Positions 52,626 through 62,125 of a stretch of DNA of 64,000 nt are shown here, piece by piece; positions within the stretch are counted from its first letter, which is position 1, and the number at the start of each line of letters is the position of its first letter. The DNA comes from an uncultured Actinomycetes bacterium (GTDB lineage Bacteria > Actinomycetota > Thermoleophilia > Gaiellales > JAICJC01), in contig CAWEIZ010000002.1 in assembly GCA_963809325.1 (NCBI GenBank), positions 452,793 through 516,792 of the forward strand. Reading direction: 5' to 3'. The position numbers were made by a program, and so were the translations under genes. Below the pieces are notes generated by a model. The model saw only the letters and a program-made list of their open reading frames with translations, ran no database searches and had not been told where the DNA came from.

Positions 52626-55520
52626 CTAGCCGGTCGTCGGCGCGCGGCCGGCGGTGCGGAGCATCTGCGCGAACATGGCGGCCGACTGCGGCCGCTGGGC
52701 CGGGTCGTCGGCGAGCGCCGTGCCGATCGCCCACCCGAGGTCGTCCGACACGGTGCCGCCCCTGGCGAGGCACGCCTGGGCGATCGCCGCGAGCTCGTAG
52801 ACGTCGCTCGCCGGCGTCGGCTCGGCGCCGCCCTGCGCCTCCGGCGCGCCGCTCTTCTCGGCGCTCGTCGCGACCGGGACGAGCAGCGCGCGGCCGTCGG
52901 CGTCGAACAGGATCGACCCGGTGCGCACGCCGCCGTGGACGATGCCCTCGCGGTGCAGCGCATCGAGCCCGCGCGCGACTCGAACGACGATGCGGATCGT
53001 CTCGTCGGCCGACGGCGTGCGGCCTCCCGCGAGCCGATCGGCCAGCGACCCGCCGTCGCACCACGCGAGGACGAGATACCTCCAGCCGTCGGCCTCGTCG
53101 GCGCGAAGGCCCGGCACGAGGCTCCGGTCCTCCACACGCGCCGCCCGCGCCGCCGCCTCGCGGAGCCGGCGCCAGTCGTCGGCGCCCCCGCCGTCCGATC
53201 GGCCGACCAGGCGCAGCGCCACCGGCATGTCGTCTGCGGTGAGCGCCCGGGCGACGGCCCCGGGGGTCTGCGCGACGCCCTCGAGCGTGTAGGGGCCGAT
53301 CCGCGTCCGCGTCTTCACCGGCGGCTCGCCGACCTGCGCGCCGTCGCGCTGCGCGGGAGGCTCGGGCTCCTCCGCCGCCTCGCCGAGCCGCTCCCGGAGG
53401 CGGTTCGCCGCCTCGGGGTCGTCCATCCGCTCGGCGACGCGGAGGGCCCGCCGCCACAGCCGGACGGCCTCGTCGCGCTGGCCCCACTCCTCGGCGCGCG
53501 CGGCCGAGCGGTCGAGGTACTCGAGCGCCTTCGAGAGGTTCCCGCTCTGGGCGTGGTAGTGCGCGAGCATCTCCATCCGCTCGTCGAGGGCGTCGGCGAA
53601 GAGCTCCTCGAACACCTCCGCCACCCGCGCGCAGAGGGCGGCTCGCCGGGCCTGGGTGAGCGTGCTGCGGGCCGCCTCCTGCAGGAGGCCGTGGCGGAAG
53701 CTGTACTCGAGCTCCGGGTACCGGCGCACCTCGCGGACGACGCCGGAGCGGAGCAGGCCCGGCATCCCCGCCTCGAACCGCTCGGCGCCGGCCACGCGCT
53801 CGAGCACGCGCGCCGGGAACTCGCGGCCGATGACGGCGGCGGTCTGGCCGAGCGTGCGCGCGTCCGGGTCGAGCCGGTCCATGCGCGCGATCAGGAGCGC
53901 GTCGAGCGAGGCGGGGAGCGCCGGGGCGGTTCCGACGGTGACGGTCCAGGCGCGCGGGCGGATCTCCTCGGCTTCGAGCGCGTAGGCCATCTCCTCGAGG
54001 TAGAGCGGATTCCCCTCCGCCCGGGCTACGAGCTCCTCGCGGGTGGTCGGGTCGAGCAGCCCCGACGCGGTGATGTCGAGCAGCTGGCCCGCCGCCCCGT
54101 CGGCGATCGGCTCGAGCGCGATCTCCTCGAACCGGTGGCCGAAGTGCGTCATGGCATGGGCGCGGAAGCGCCACGCGGGCGTGTCGTGCTCGGGCCGGGA
54201 GCTCATCGCGACCATGACGGGCGCCCTGTCGGTCAGCTCGAGCAGGTCCTCGAGCATCTGGCAGGTGGCGACGTCCGCCTCGTGCAGGCCCTCGATCGCG
54301 ACGACGACCGGCGCCTGGTGCGCGAGCCGCAGCGTCCAGTCGCAGAACGCCGCCCGCGTTCCCGCCGCCAGGTCTTCGGCGTTGCCCTCGCGCAGGAGGT
54401 CGCGGTGGTCCGGCTCCGGCTGCACCGAGAGGAGATGGCCGATATACATGAGCGCGTCGTCGGCATCGCCGTCGTAGAGCGCGGGCAGGCGCGCCCGCAG
54501 CCGCGTCCGGACGACGATCTCGCGCTCGGTGTGGTCGATCCCGAGCCACGCCCGGATCATCTCGACGAACGGCTGGTACAGGCCGACCGCTCCGTACGAG
54601 CGGCAGTCGCCCTCGAGCCATGTCACGTCCGGGCCGAGGTTCTCGCGCAGCTCGCCGAGCAGGCGCGACTTGCCGATCCCGGCCTCGCCGATCAGGAGCA
54701 GCGACTGGCCCCGTCCGGCGAGCAGGTCGTCGGCGGCCCGGCGCAGGTGCGCGGCCTCGGCCTCCCTGCCGACCAGCGGCGACTGCGTGTGGTCGCGGCC
54801 GGTCGTCTTCCGGCGCAGGACGCGCCAGGCCGACACGGGAGCCGCGCGCCCCTTGAGCGCGAGCTCGCCCATCGGCTCCAGCACGAAGCGGGGCATGAGC
54901 CGCTGCGCCGTCGTCTCGCCGGTCACGATCGTGCCGGGAGCGGCCGCCGCCTGGAGCCGCGCCGCGACGTTCGTCATGTCGCCGAGCGCCACCGCCTGGG
55001 GCGTGGCCGCCCCGACCACTCCGACGGCGGCGAGGCCGCCGTTGATCCCGATGCGGACGTTGAACTGGTCGATCTCCCAGGCCTGGCGGACGTCCCGGCC
55101 GTACGCTCCCACCATCTGGAGCAGCGCGAGCCCCGCTTCGGCCGCGCGGTCGGCATCGTCCTCGTGGGCGGCCGGGACGCCGAAGTAGGCGCACACGCCG
55201 TCGCCCATGTAGGCCTGCACCGTCCCGCCGAACTCCTCGACGACGCGGCTCATGCGCGTGACGCACTCGCCCACGAGCGCCTTGACCTCGTCGGGGCTCA
55301 TGCGCTCGCCCAGCCCGGTGGAGCCGACGATGTCCGCGAAGAGCGCGGTCACCGGCCGAAGCTCGTCACCCCCGCCGGACCCGCCTGGCTCGGTCGATTC
55401 GGATGGCTGTAACACGCAGTCGTTACGGTAGTGACTTCCGCCCGGAGTCGTCAATCGAGACTGCGCAGGATCGCTGCGCGGTTTGACATCCTGCCGGGAT
55501 CGACGCCGGGTTCTGGTCAC
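52626..55520 (-). CDS. class III cyclase - P-loop ATPase - TPR - degenerate kinase (pseudokinase) fusion protein
   Basis: Cyclase motifs FADIVGST, AYMGDGVCAYFG and GINGG, plus the P-loop GEAGIGKSR. The C-terminal kinase-like fold has VALRLV (Lys to Arg), IVHGGVRTGSILF in place of HRD..KP.N, and no DFG. The start is uncertain (ATG 55520 or GTG 55415). Confidence 0.85.
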   Translation of the reverse strand: MTRTRRRSRQDVKPRSDPAQSRLTTPGGSHYRNDCVLQPSESTEPGGSGGGDELRPVTALFADIVGSTGLGERMSPDEVKALVGECVTRMSRVVEEFGGTVQAYMGDGVCAYFGVPAAHEDDADRAAEAGLALLQMVGAYGRDVRQAWEIDQFNVRIGINGGLAAVGVVGAATPQAVALGDMTNVAARLQAAAAPGTIVTGETTAQRLMPRFVLEPMGELALKGRAAPVSAWRVLRRKTTGRDHTQSPLVGREAEAAHLRRAADDLLAGRGQSLLLIGEAGIGKSRLLGELRENLGPDVTWLEGDCRSYGAVGLYQPFVEMIRAWLGIDHTEREIVVRTRLRARLPALYDGDADDALMYIGHLLSVQPEPDHRDLLREGNAEDLAAGTRAAFCDWTLRLAHQAPVVVAIEGLHEADVATCQMLEDLLELTDRAPVMVAMSSRPEHDTPAWRFRAHAMTHFGHRFEEIALEPIADGAAGQLLDITASGLLDPTTREELVARAEGNPLYLEEMAYALEAEEIRPRAWTVTVGTAPALPASLDALLIARMDRLDPDARTLGQTAAVIGREFPARVLERVAGAERFEAGMPGLLRSGVVREVRRYPELEYSFRHGLLQEAARSTLTQARRAALCARVAEVFEELFADALDERMEMLAHYHAQSGNLSKALEYLDRSAARAEEWGQRDEAVRLWRRALRVAERMDDPEAANRLRERLGEAAEEPEPPAQRDGAQVGEPPVKTRTRIGPYTLEGVAQTPGAVARALTADDMPVALRLVGRSDGGGADDWRRLREAAARAARVEDRSLVPGLRADEADGWRYLVLAWCDGGSLADRLAGGRTPSADETIRIVVRVARGLDALHREGIVHGGVRTGSILFDADGRALLVPVATSAEKSGAPEAQGGAEPTPASDVYELAAIAQACLARGGTVSDDLGWAIGTALADDPAQRPQSAAMFAQMLRTAGRAPTTG

Positions 55521-55558
55521 TCTCGCATCGCCGCTCCGACGCCGTCGGCCGGCGGGGC

Positions 55559-56857
55559 ATGGTCGCGACGTCGAACCCCGACGCCGCGCTCGCCGGGCTG
55601 CGGGCCCTGGAGGCGGGCGGGAACGCGTGTGACGCCGCGCTCGCCGCGGCCGGCGTGCTCGTCGTCACCGAGCCGTACCAGTGTGCGCCGGGCGGCGACC
55701 TCTTCGCGATCGTCGTCCGCGACGGCGAGCCGCCGGTCGGGCTGAACGCCAGCGGACGGGCGCCGGCGGAGCCCGGCGACGCGCTTCCCGAGGAGTTCGG
55801 CCCGCGCAGCGTGACCGTCCCCGGGTGCGTCGCCGGCTGGACCGACCTCGCGGCCAGGTTCTCGCGGCGCGGCCTGGCGGAGGCGCTGGCTCCGGCGATC
55901 GCGCTGGCACGGGGCGGGTTCGAGATCCAGCCCAAGGCCGGGCGCCACTGGCGGGCGTGCCAAGCGAACCTCGAGGGCGACGCCGCCGCAGCATTCGCCC
56001 CGGCCTCGCCGTTTTGCTCGCCGGCCATCGCGACGGCGCTCGAGCACGCGGTCGCCGGGACGTTCTACACCGGGCCGGTCGCCGACGCGATCGCGGCGGT
56101 CTCGTGGCTCGACAAGGCGGACCTCGCGGCGCACGAGAACGACTGGGTCGAGCCGGTCGAGTTCGCCTACCGCGATCGCACGCTGCTCGAGCTGCCGCCG
56201 AACGGCCAGGGGTCGATCGCGGGCTGGGCGCTGGAGGGGCTCGAGTCGCCCGACCCGCCCGCCCAGGTCGAGGCGCTCGCCGCCGCCTACGCGCGTGGCT
56301 ACGCCACCATCGGCGGCACGGCGTACGTCTGCGCCGCCGACGGTGAGGGGATGGCCGTGTCGCTCATCCAGTCGGTCTACCACGGCTTCGGCTCGCGGGT
56401 GCTCGTGCCGGGCTTCGGGTTCGTGCTCCAGAACCGGGGCGCCGGGTTCGTGCTCGACCCCGGACACCCGAACCAGTTCGCGCCGGCCAAGCGGCCGTTC
56501 CACACGATCATCCCGGCGGCCCTGCTCGGGCCGGACGGGCGCTGGGAGGCGGTGTTCGGCGTGACGGGAGGGCAGTACCAGCCGCAGGGCCACGTCCAGG
56601 TCGTCGTCAACCTCCTCGACCACGGCATGGGGCCGCAGGCGGCACTCGACGCGCCGCGCTACCGGCTGGAGGAGGACGGCACCGTCTCGCTCGAGTCGCC
56701 GCTCGCGCACCTGGTCGGTGCGTTCGGCGATCGCGCGACGGCGGTCGTCGACACCGACGACAACTACGGGAACGGCCACCTCATCGTGCGCGCGGCCGAC
56801 GGCCGGCTGCTCGGCGGCACCGAGCCGCGCCGCGACGGCCTGGCGGTCGGGCACTAG
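55559..56857 (+). CDS. ggt: gamma-glutamyltransferase family protein (short form)
   Basis: MVATSNPDAALAG..LEAGGNACDAA and the autoprocessing/nucleophile region IGGTAYVCAADGEGMAVSLIQS. The 432-aa ORF is intact. Confidence 0.8.
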   Translation: MVATSNPDAALAGLRALEAGGNACDAALAAAGVLVVTEPYQCAPGGDLFAIVVRDGEPPVGLNASGRAPAEPGDALPEEFGPRSVTVPGCVAGWTDLAARFSRRGLAEALAPAIALARGGFEIQPKAGRHWRACQANLEGDAAAAFAPASPFCSPAIATALEHAVAGTFYTGPVADAIAAVSWLDKADLAAHENDWVEPVEFAYRDRTLLELPPNGQGSIAGWALEGLESPDPPAQVEALAAAYARGYATIGGTAYVCAADGEGMAVSLIQSVYHGFGSRVLVPGFGFVLQNRGAGFVLDPGHPNQFAPAKRPFHTIIPAALLGPDGRWEAVFGVTGGQYQPQGHVQVVVNLLDHGMGPQAALDAPRYRLEEDGTVSLESPLAHLVGAFGDRATAVVDTDDNYGNGHLIVRAADGRLLGGTEPRRDGLAVGH

Positions 56858-56875
56858 ATGATTTCAACCATCTAG
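56854..56875. other. AT-rich perfect inverted repeat CTAGATG-N8-CATCTAG
   Basis: It overlaps the ggt stop codon and lies 11 nt before the next gene's GTG. It could be an operator or a small hairpin; the function is unknown. Confidence 0.4.
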
Positions 56876-56885
56876 TATCGCCGCC

Positions 56886-57734
56886 GTGCCCAGCCTGACC
56901 ACCAAGGACGGCCGCACCCTCGCGTGGCACGAGCGCGGCTCGGGCCCGCCGCTCCTCTGTCATCCGGGCGGGCCCGGATGCTCGTCGGCGTACTTCGGCG
57001 ACCTCCCCGAGCTGGCGACCGAGCGCACGCTGCTTCTGCTCGATCCGCGCGGCACGGGCGCGTCCGACCCGCCGGCCGACCCGTCGGCCTACGACCTCGA
57101 GGACTACGCCGACGACATCGAGGCCGTCCGCCGCCACCTCGGCATCGAGCGGCTCGATCTGCTGGGCCACTCCCACGGCGGGTTCGTGGCCATGCCATGG
57201 GCCGCCCGGCATGCGGAGCACGTGCGAAAGCTGGTGCTCGCCAGCACCGCTCCGCGATTCACCGACGAGATCCGGCAGGCCCGGAGGGACCGGGTCGCCT
57301 CGCACATGGGGCGGCCGTACTTCGCCGACGCCATGCAGGCGTTGCAGCAGCGCGAGGAGGGTCGCTACGCGAACGACGAGGAGCTGACCGACCTCTACCG
57401 GCGCGAGGGCGTGCTCTTCGCCCCGGTGGGCGTCGACCCCACGCCGGTGCTCGACGCGCTCGTGCGCGCAGGCGACAACTCCGATGCGCTTCGCCACTTC
57501 AACGAGGAGATCGCCGGCAGCATGGACCAGCGGCCGCTGCTGGCGCACGTGCCGGCGCCGACGCTCGTGATCACCGGATCCGAGGACGCGTTCGTCTCCG
57601 GGGCGCGCGAGATCGCCGAGGCGCTGCCTGACGCGACCCTCGTCATCCTGCCGGGCGTCGACCACTTCCCGTTCCTCGAGCCCGACCACGAGGCGGCCTG
57701 GTCGCGGGCGGTGCTCGACTTCCTGGGGGGCTAG
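56886..57734 (+). CDS. alpha/beta hydrolase (proline iminopeptidase-like)
   Basis: HPGGPG and GHSHGG nucleophile elbow. The 282-aa ORF has a GTG start. Confidence 0.85.
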   Translation: MPSLTTKDGRTLAWHERGSGPPLLCHPGGPGCSSAYFGDLPELATERTLLLLDPRGTGASDPPADPSAYDLEDYADDIEAVRRHLGIERLDLLGHSHGGFVAMPWAARHAEHVRKLVLASTAPRFTDEIRQARRDRVASHMGRPYFADAMQALQQREEGRYANDEELTDLYRREGVLFAPVGVDPTPVLDALVRAGDNSDALRHFNEEIAGSMDQRPLLAHVPAPTLVITGSEDAFVSGAREIAEALPDATLVILPGVDHFPFLEPDHEAAWSRAVLDFLGG

Positions 57735-57736
57735 GC

Positions 57737-57765
57737 GAACCACCGGGGCCAGCCCCACGGGGTCC
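57737..57765. repeat. REP-like element, collapsed copy F
   Basis: GAACCACCGGGGCCAGCCCCACGGGGTCC lies between the convergent stops at 57732-34 and 57770-72. Confidence 0.6.
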
Positions 57766-57769
57766 GGCG

Positions 57770-59311
57770 CTAGGCGGCCGCCGCGCCGACCACCCGGTCG
57801 CGGCCGGCGGTCTTGGCGCGGTAGAGCGCCGCGTCAGCCGTGCGGACGAGCTCGACCCGGTCGTCGGCGTCGGCAGGGAACACGGCCCAGCCGATCGAGG
57901 CCGAGAGCGAGTGGCCGGCGCCCGGCTCGATCGCGAGCGACCGGACCGCCTGGCGCGCGCGGTCGAGCAGGTCGGCGACGCCGTCGGGATCGGTCGTCTC
58001 GAGCAGCACCGCGAACTCCTCGCCGCCGAGGCGGTAGATCCGGTCGGAGCCGCGGAGCACCTGCCGGATCGCCTCCCCCGCCCGGCGCAGCACGGCGTCT
58101 CCCTCCGGGTGCCCGAACGAGTCGTTCACGTCCTTGAAGTGGTCGAGGTCGACCATCGCGAGCGTGAACCCGAGATCGCGCCGCTTCGACACCGCGACGC
58201 GCCGCCGGAGCTCCGACTCGAACGTGCGCCGGTTCGGAAGGCCGGTGAGGGCGTCGTGGCCGGCCGCGCGCTCGAGCTCCTCCTGGCGGAGCACCGTCCG
58301 CCAGAGCGCCGCGAGGTGGCCGAGCATGAGGTCGAGCGCGTGATGGTCGAGCTCGTCGCCGCGTCCCGCCGCGAAGCAGACCGACGCGTGCAGGCCCTCG
58401 CCCGCCGTGTCGACCGGGAGCGTGATCCGCGCCAGCCCGTGCGAGCCGTGCCGGGGCGGGGCGCCTTCGGCGATGCTCAGACAGGCGGCGCCGATGGCCT
58501 CGCGGGGCGCCATGTGCGCGAAGCCGATGAGCTGGCTGCGCGTCGTCGCCTCCTTCGCCCGGCTCGACCAGGCGAGGACCTGCTCGATCTGCCGGGCCCA
58601 GCGGCCGTGCCGGTCGTGGCGGGAGTCGGCGTCGACGGCGAGCCGCCAGGCCTTCTGGAGGAGCAGCGCGCCTCCGGCGAGGAGCACGCCCATGCCGATG
58701 AGGGTCGCCGCGAGCACCGCGATGTCCGAGAGCCGCGTGGCGTGGGCGGCGTCGGCGTCGGCCCGGGTCGCGACCGTGGTCAGCCGGTTCGCGCTCGCAG
58801 CGAGGCGACGCTCGAGGGCCGCGCCGCGCCGGTCGACGCCGGCGGGCGGGGGAGCGGTCGGACGATCCGCCGATGCCGTCGATGCCTCCCAGCGCTGAAT
58901 GGCGGACGCCAGCGCCTGTGCTTTGCCGACCGATGCCCCTGCGGCGCCCGCCGCGCGAACGGTGCGGGCGAACCGGGCGATGCCGCGCTTCGTCGCCGCC
59001 CGATCCGCGGTCAGGGCGTTCGCGTCGCGCGCGTCATGCGAGAGCTGCCAGGCGAGGCGATGGTTCATCTCCTGCTGAATCGAGCCGAGCAGCGCCGTCG
59101 CGGCGGCCTGGGCGTGGTCGCCGGCCGTCGCGCGATGGGATGCATCCGATCGGTAGATGCCCGTCGCCACGCTCGTGGCCACGATCGCCACGATGATGCC
59201 CGCGGTGGCAACGGCCCAGAGCAGGGCGAACCGCCGTACCTGATTGGCGATCCGGGGCTGCGCGGGTACGCGTGGCTGGTCGAGCTGTCGAACGGGGGAA
59301 TCCGACCGCAT
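57770..59311 (-). CDS. membrane-anchored diguanylate cyclase (GGDEF; GGEEF site)
   Basis: Two TM segments flank a helical sensor region, followed by a GGDEF domain (DALTGLPNRR, DHFKDVNDSFGH, RLGGEEFAVLL). Confidence 0.85.
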   Translation of the reverse strand: MRSDSPVRQLDQPRVPAQPRIANQVRRFALLWAVATAGIIVAIVATSVATGIYRSDASHRATAGDHAQAAATALLGSIQQEMNHRLAWQLSHDARDANALTADRAATKRGIARFARTVRAAGAAGASVGKAQALASAIQRWEASTASADRPTAPPPAGVDRRGAALERRLAASANRLTTVATRADADAAHATRLSDIAVLAATLIGMGVLLAGGALLLQKAWRLAVDADSRHDRHGRWARQIEQVLAWSSRAKEATTRSQLIGFAHMAPREAIGAACLSIAEGAPPRHGSHGLARITLPVDTAGEGLHASVCFAAGRGDELDHHALDLMLGHLAALWRTVLRQEELERAAGHDALTGLPNRRTFESELRRRVAVSKRRDLGFTLAMVDLDHFKDVNDSFGHPEGDAVLRRAGEAIRQVLRGSDRIYRLGGEEFAVLLETTDPDGVADLLDRARQAVRSLAIEPGAGHSLSASIGWAVFPADADDRVELVRTADAALYRAKTAGRDRVVGAAAA

Positions 59312-59374
59312 TCATCTCAGTGTTGCGGCGAAGGGGCAATACGGCATCACCCGGATTCGGGATCGCGAGGGCGA

Positions 59375-60620
59375 TCAGGGCGCGCGGCGGTCGTTCGCGA
59401 CGAACGCGGCGTGCGTGATCGGCATCTTCGCGGCGAAGAGCTCCTCGACCGCGACGGCGTAGCGGCGGATCTCGCGCTGGGCCGTCTCGGAGTTCCGGAG
59501 CGAGAGGAAGTTCATCAGGCTGCGCGCGTTCACCGTCCAGTAGAACTGGGTGTAGATCGCGACCGGGAGCACGTTGCGCGCGATCTCCTTGGCGACGCCG
59601 CGCTCGAGCAGGTCCTCGTAGGTGCGGTACGCCTCGTCGAAGACCGCCCGCTGGGCCTCGCGGGTGTGCTCGGCGAGCTCGGGGTCGACGGTCTCGAACG
59701 AGTAGGAGCCGGGCTTTCCGACCTGCGTTCGGACGTCCTCCGGCTCGGGCACGTAGAACTCCGGCTCGAGCTGCGAGTACCTCCCGGACCACTCATTGAA
59801 GAGTTGTGGACCACGACGCCGTTGGCGACGAAGTTGTGCCACGGCCCGTCGACGCTCAGATCGTACGTCTGCTGCACCCCGACGTATCGGATGCCGATGA
59901 CCTTGACCGGGTGGGCGACGAGCTTGGGTGCCGCGCCTTCCTGCGGTTGGTCACGCTCGAGGGCGACGACGCCGTTCGTGAGCAGCGCGCAGTCGCGGGT
60001 CATCGTCGCGGACTCACCCACGCCGACGAGCCCGACGGCATCGCGCATTGTCGACCACCCTTGATCCGTAAGCAGACGGTGAGTGGCCGTCATCGTGAGT
60101 CGCTTCCCGTCCTCGAGAGCGACCTCGTAGACAGGTTGAGGACCCTTGTCGACGATATCGGCGATCCGGCTGACCCCGAATGTGCCCGTGGTCTCGTTGA
60201 GCACGCGCAACCGCAGGCGTCGCACCTGCGCTGATCCAGCTCCTCACCTTCGACCACAGTGCCAGAGCTCGTCAATCGTCTTCCGAAGGCGCGGGAGGTC
60301 TGTCCGTTGACGTCGACGAACGTCACCTCCGTATCACCGGTCAGGCAGCCGATGCGGTGGCGGGCCCATTCGCGCATCACGAAGATGGGCAGCTTGATGT
60401 GGAAGCGGAAGGCGTTGTGCTCGAAGGGGCTTCCGTGGCGCTCGCGCATGAGGAACCGGATCAGGCCGGCCTCGCGGTCGGTCATCTCGTCGGAGCGCTG
60501 CGCGAACGACACGCGCGCGCCGTTCACGACCGAGAGGTCGTCCGCCATGCAGCCGTCGAGGCGGACGAACCCGTGGTCAAGAACGCGAATTTCGTCGGTC
60601 TCGTGCATCACGGCGCCCAT
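59375..60620 (-). pseudogene. thyX: flavin-dependent thymidylate synthase ThyX interrupted by a mini-intein; at least two frameshifts (or assembly indels)
   Basis: The N-extein reads ...ERHGSPFEHNAFRFHIKLPIFVMREWARHRIG and the C-extein reads FNEWSGRYSQLEPEFY...FYWTVNARSLMNFLSLR. Together they restore the ThyX motif RHR-x7-S. The frame breaks at 59801-02 and within 60205-60290. Confidence 0.85.
59803..60347 (-). mobile_element. mini-intein (about 181 aa, no homing-endonuclease domain evident) in the ThyX RHR motif
   Basis: Block A CLTGDTEV, block B TMTATHRLLTDQGW and blocks F/G VQQTYDLSVDGPWHNFVANGVVVHN. It is flanked by RHRIG and (S)FNEWSGRY. Confidence 0.8.
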
Positions 60621-60640
60621 CGCGTCCAGCGTACCAACGC

Positions 60641-61369
60641 CTACGGACGCAGCAGCCGGCCGCCGTCGACGACGACGCTCTGGCCGGTCACGAAGTCGGA
60701 TTCGATGCAGAACCGGACGGCATGGGCGACGTCGGCGGGGTCGCCGAGCCGGCCGAGCACGGTCTCGTCGGGGTTCCCGGCGATCCCCTCGGGCATGAGC
60801 ACGGGCCCGGGCGCGACGCCGCACACGCGGATCCCGTCGCGGCCCCAGGCGGCGGCGAGGCACTTGACGAGGTGGATCAGCGCCGCCTTGGCCGCGGCGT
60901 GCGGCGCGAACCTCGGCCACGGCTGAAGGCCGGCGACGTCGGTGATCGCGACGATGACGCCGCCGCCCGCCGGTGCCATGACGCGCTGTGCCGCCTGCGC
61001 CGCGAACATGAAGCCCTTGGCTGTCGAGTCCATCGCCGCGTCCCAGAGCGCCTCGTCGACGTCCGCCGCGTCGCGCGGCTCGAAGCCGCCCGAGGGGCAG
61101 TGGACGTAGACGTCGAGCCCGCCGAGGGCGTCGGCGGCGGCGTCGACCATCGCCGTCATGTCGGCCGGGTCGGACGCGTCGGCCCGCACGACCCCCGAGC
61201 GGCGGCCGAGCGCCTCGATGTCGGCCCGGGTCTTCTCGGCCGGCCCGACCGAGCTGTGGTAGCTCACGAAGACGTCCGCGCCCCCCTCCGCAAGGTCGAG
61301 CGCGAGGGCCCTCCCGACCCGGTGCGCGCCGCCGGCGACGAGGACCCGGCTGCCGTCGATGGCGGGCAT
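60641..61369 (-). CDS. SDR family oxidoreductase (pteridine-reductase-like; function inferred only)
   Basis: VAGGAHRVGRA Rossmann motif. ATG 61369 is in frame within track ORF 60641..61930. It lies directly upstream of thyX on the same strand. Confidence 0.8.
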   Translation of the reverse strand: MPAIDGSRVLVAGGAHRVGRALALDLAEGGADVFVSYHSSVGPAEKTRADIEALGRRSGVVRADASDPADMTAMVDAAADALGGLDVYVHCPSGGFEPRDAADVDEALWDAAMDSTAKGFMFAAQAAQRVMAPAGGGVIVAITDVAGLQPWPRFAPHAAAKAALIHLVKCLAAAWGRDGIRVCGVAPGPVLMPEGIAGNPDETVLGRLGDPADVAHAVRFCIESDFVTGQSVVVDGGRLLRP

Positions 61370-61429
61370 GTGGGGATATGCTAGTCGCCGGGTAACAAGG
61401 GAGATGAAGGCTCCGGGAAAGGAGATGGG

Positions 61430-62053
61430 ATGGGCTACGAGGTACCCGATCTGCCGTACGGCTACGACGCGCTCGAGCCGCACATCGACGAGCAGACGAT
61501 GCGGATCCATCATGACAAGCACCACCAGGCGTACGTGGACAAGGCCAACGCCGCGCTGGAGGGCACGGAGTGGGCGGACAAGCCGGTTGAGGAGGTCCTG
61601 AAGAACCTCTCGTCCCTGCCGCAGGACAAGCAGGGCCCGGTGCGCAACAACGCCGGCGGGCATGCCAACCACTCGCTCTTCTGGACGATCCTCGGCCCGA
61701 ACGGCGGGGGCACCCCCTCCGGCGAGCTGGGCTCGGCGATCGACTCGACGTTCGGCGGCTTCGACGCGCTGAAGAAGCAGCTCATCGACGCGGGCGTGAA
61801 CCGGTTCGGCTCGGGCTGGTCGTGGCTGGTCGTCGACGGGGGCAACCTCAAGGTGACCTCCACGGCGAACCAGGACTCGCCGATCTCGGACGGCCAGACG
61901 CCGATCCTCGGGATCGACGTGTGGGAGCACGCGTACTACCTGAAGTACCAGAACCGCCGGCCCGACTACCTCGAGGCGATCTTCAACGCCATCGACTGGT
62001 CGGCCGTGTCGGACCGCTACACCGCCGCCCGCTCGGTCGGCGCCACGGCGTAG
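61430..62053 (+). CDS. sodA: Fe/Mn superoxide dismutase
   Basis: [29 protein letters not shown] and DVWEHAYYL. The 207-aa ORF is intact. Confidence 0.95.
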   Translation: MGYEVPDLPYGYDALEPHIDEQTMRIHHDKHHQAYVDKANAALEGTEWADKPVEEVLKNLSSLPQDKQGPVRNNAGGHANHSLFWTILGPNGGGTPSGELGSAIDSTFGGFDALKKQLIDAGVNRFGSGWSWLVVDGGNLKVTSTANQDSPISDGQTPILGIDVWEHAYYLKYQNRRPDYLEAIFNAIDWSAVSDRYTAARSVGATA

Positions 62054-62068
62054 CGCTCGTCATACTCC

Positions 62069-62101
62069 GCGCAACGCCGGGGTCTGACCCCGGCGTTGCG
62101 C
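62069..62101 (+). terminator. strong hairpin after sodA (15-bp perfect stem, no U-tract)
   Basis: GCGCAACGCCGGGGT-CTG-ACCCCGGCGTTGCGC lies 16 nt after the sodA stop. Confidence 0.6.
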
Positions 62102-62125
62102 GCAGTCGACGACGCGGAGGTGAGC

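Noticed and set aside
60014-60247. Third-frame ORF inside the intein region (MRSWISAGATPAVARAQ...).
   Set aside because: It has no intein or ThyX similarity. It is an out-of-frame by-product of the intein sequence.
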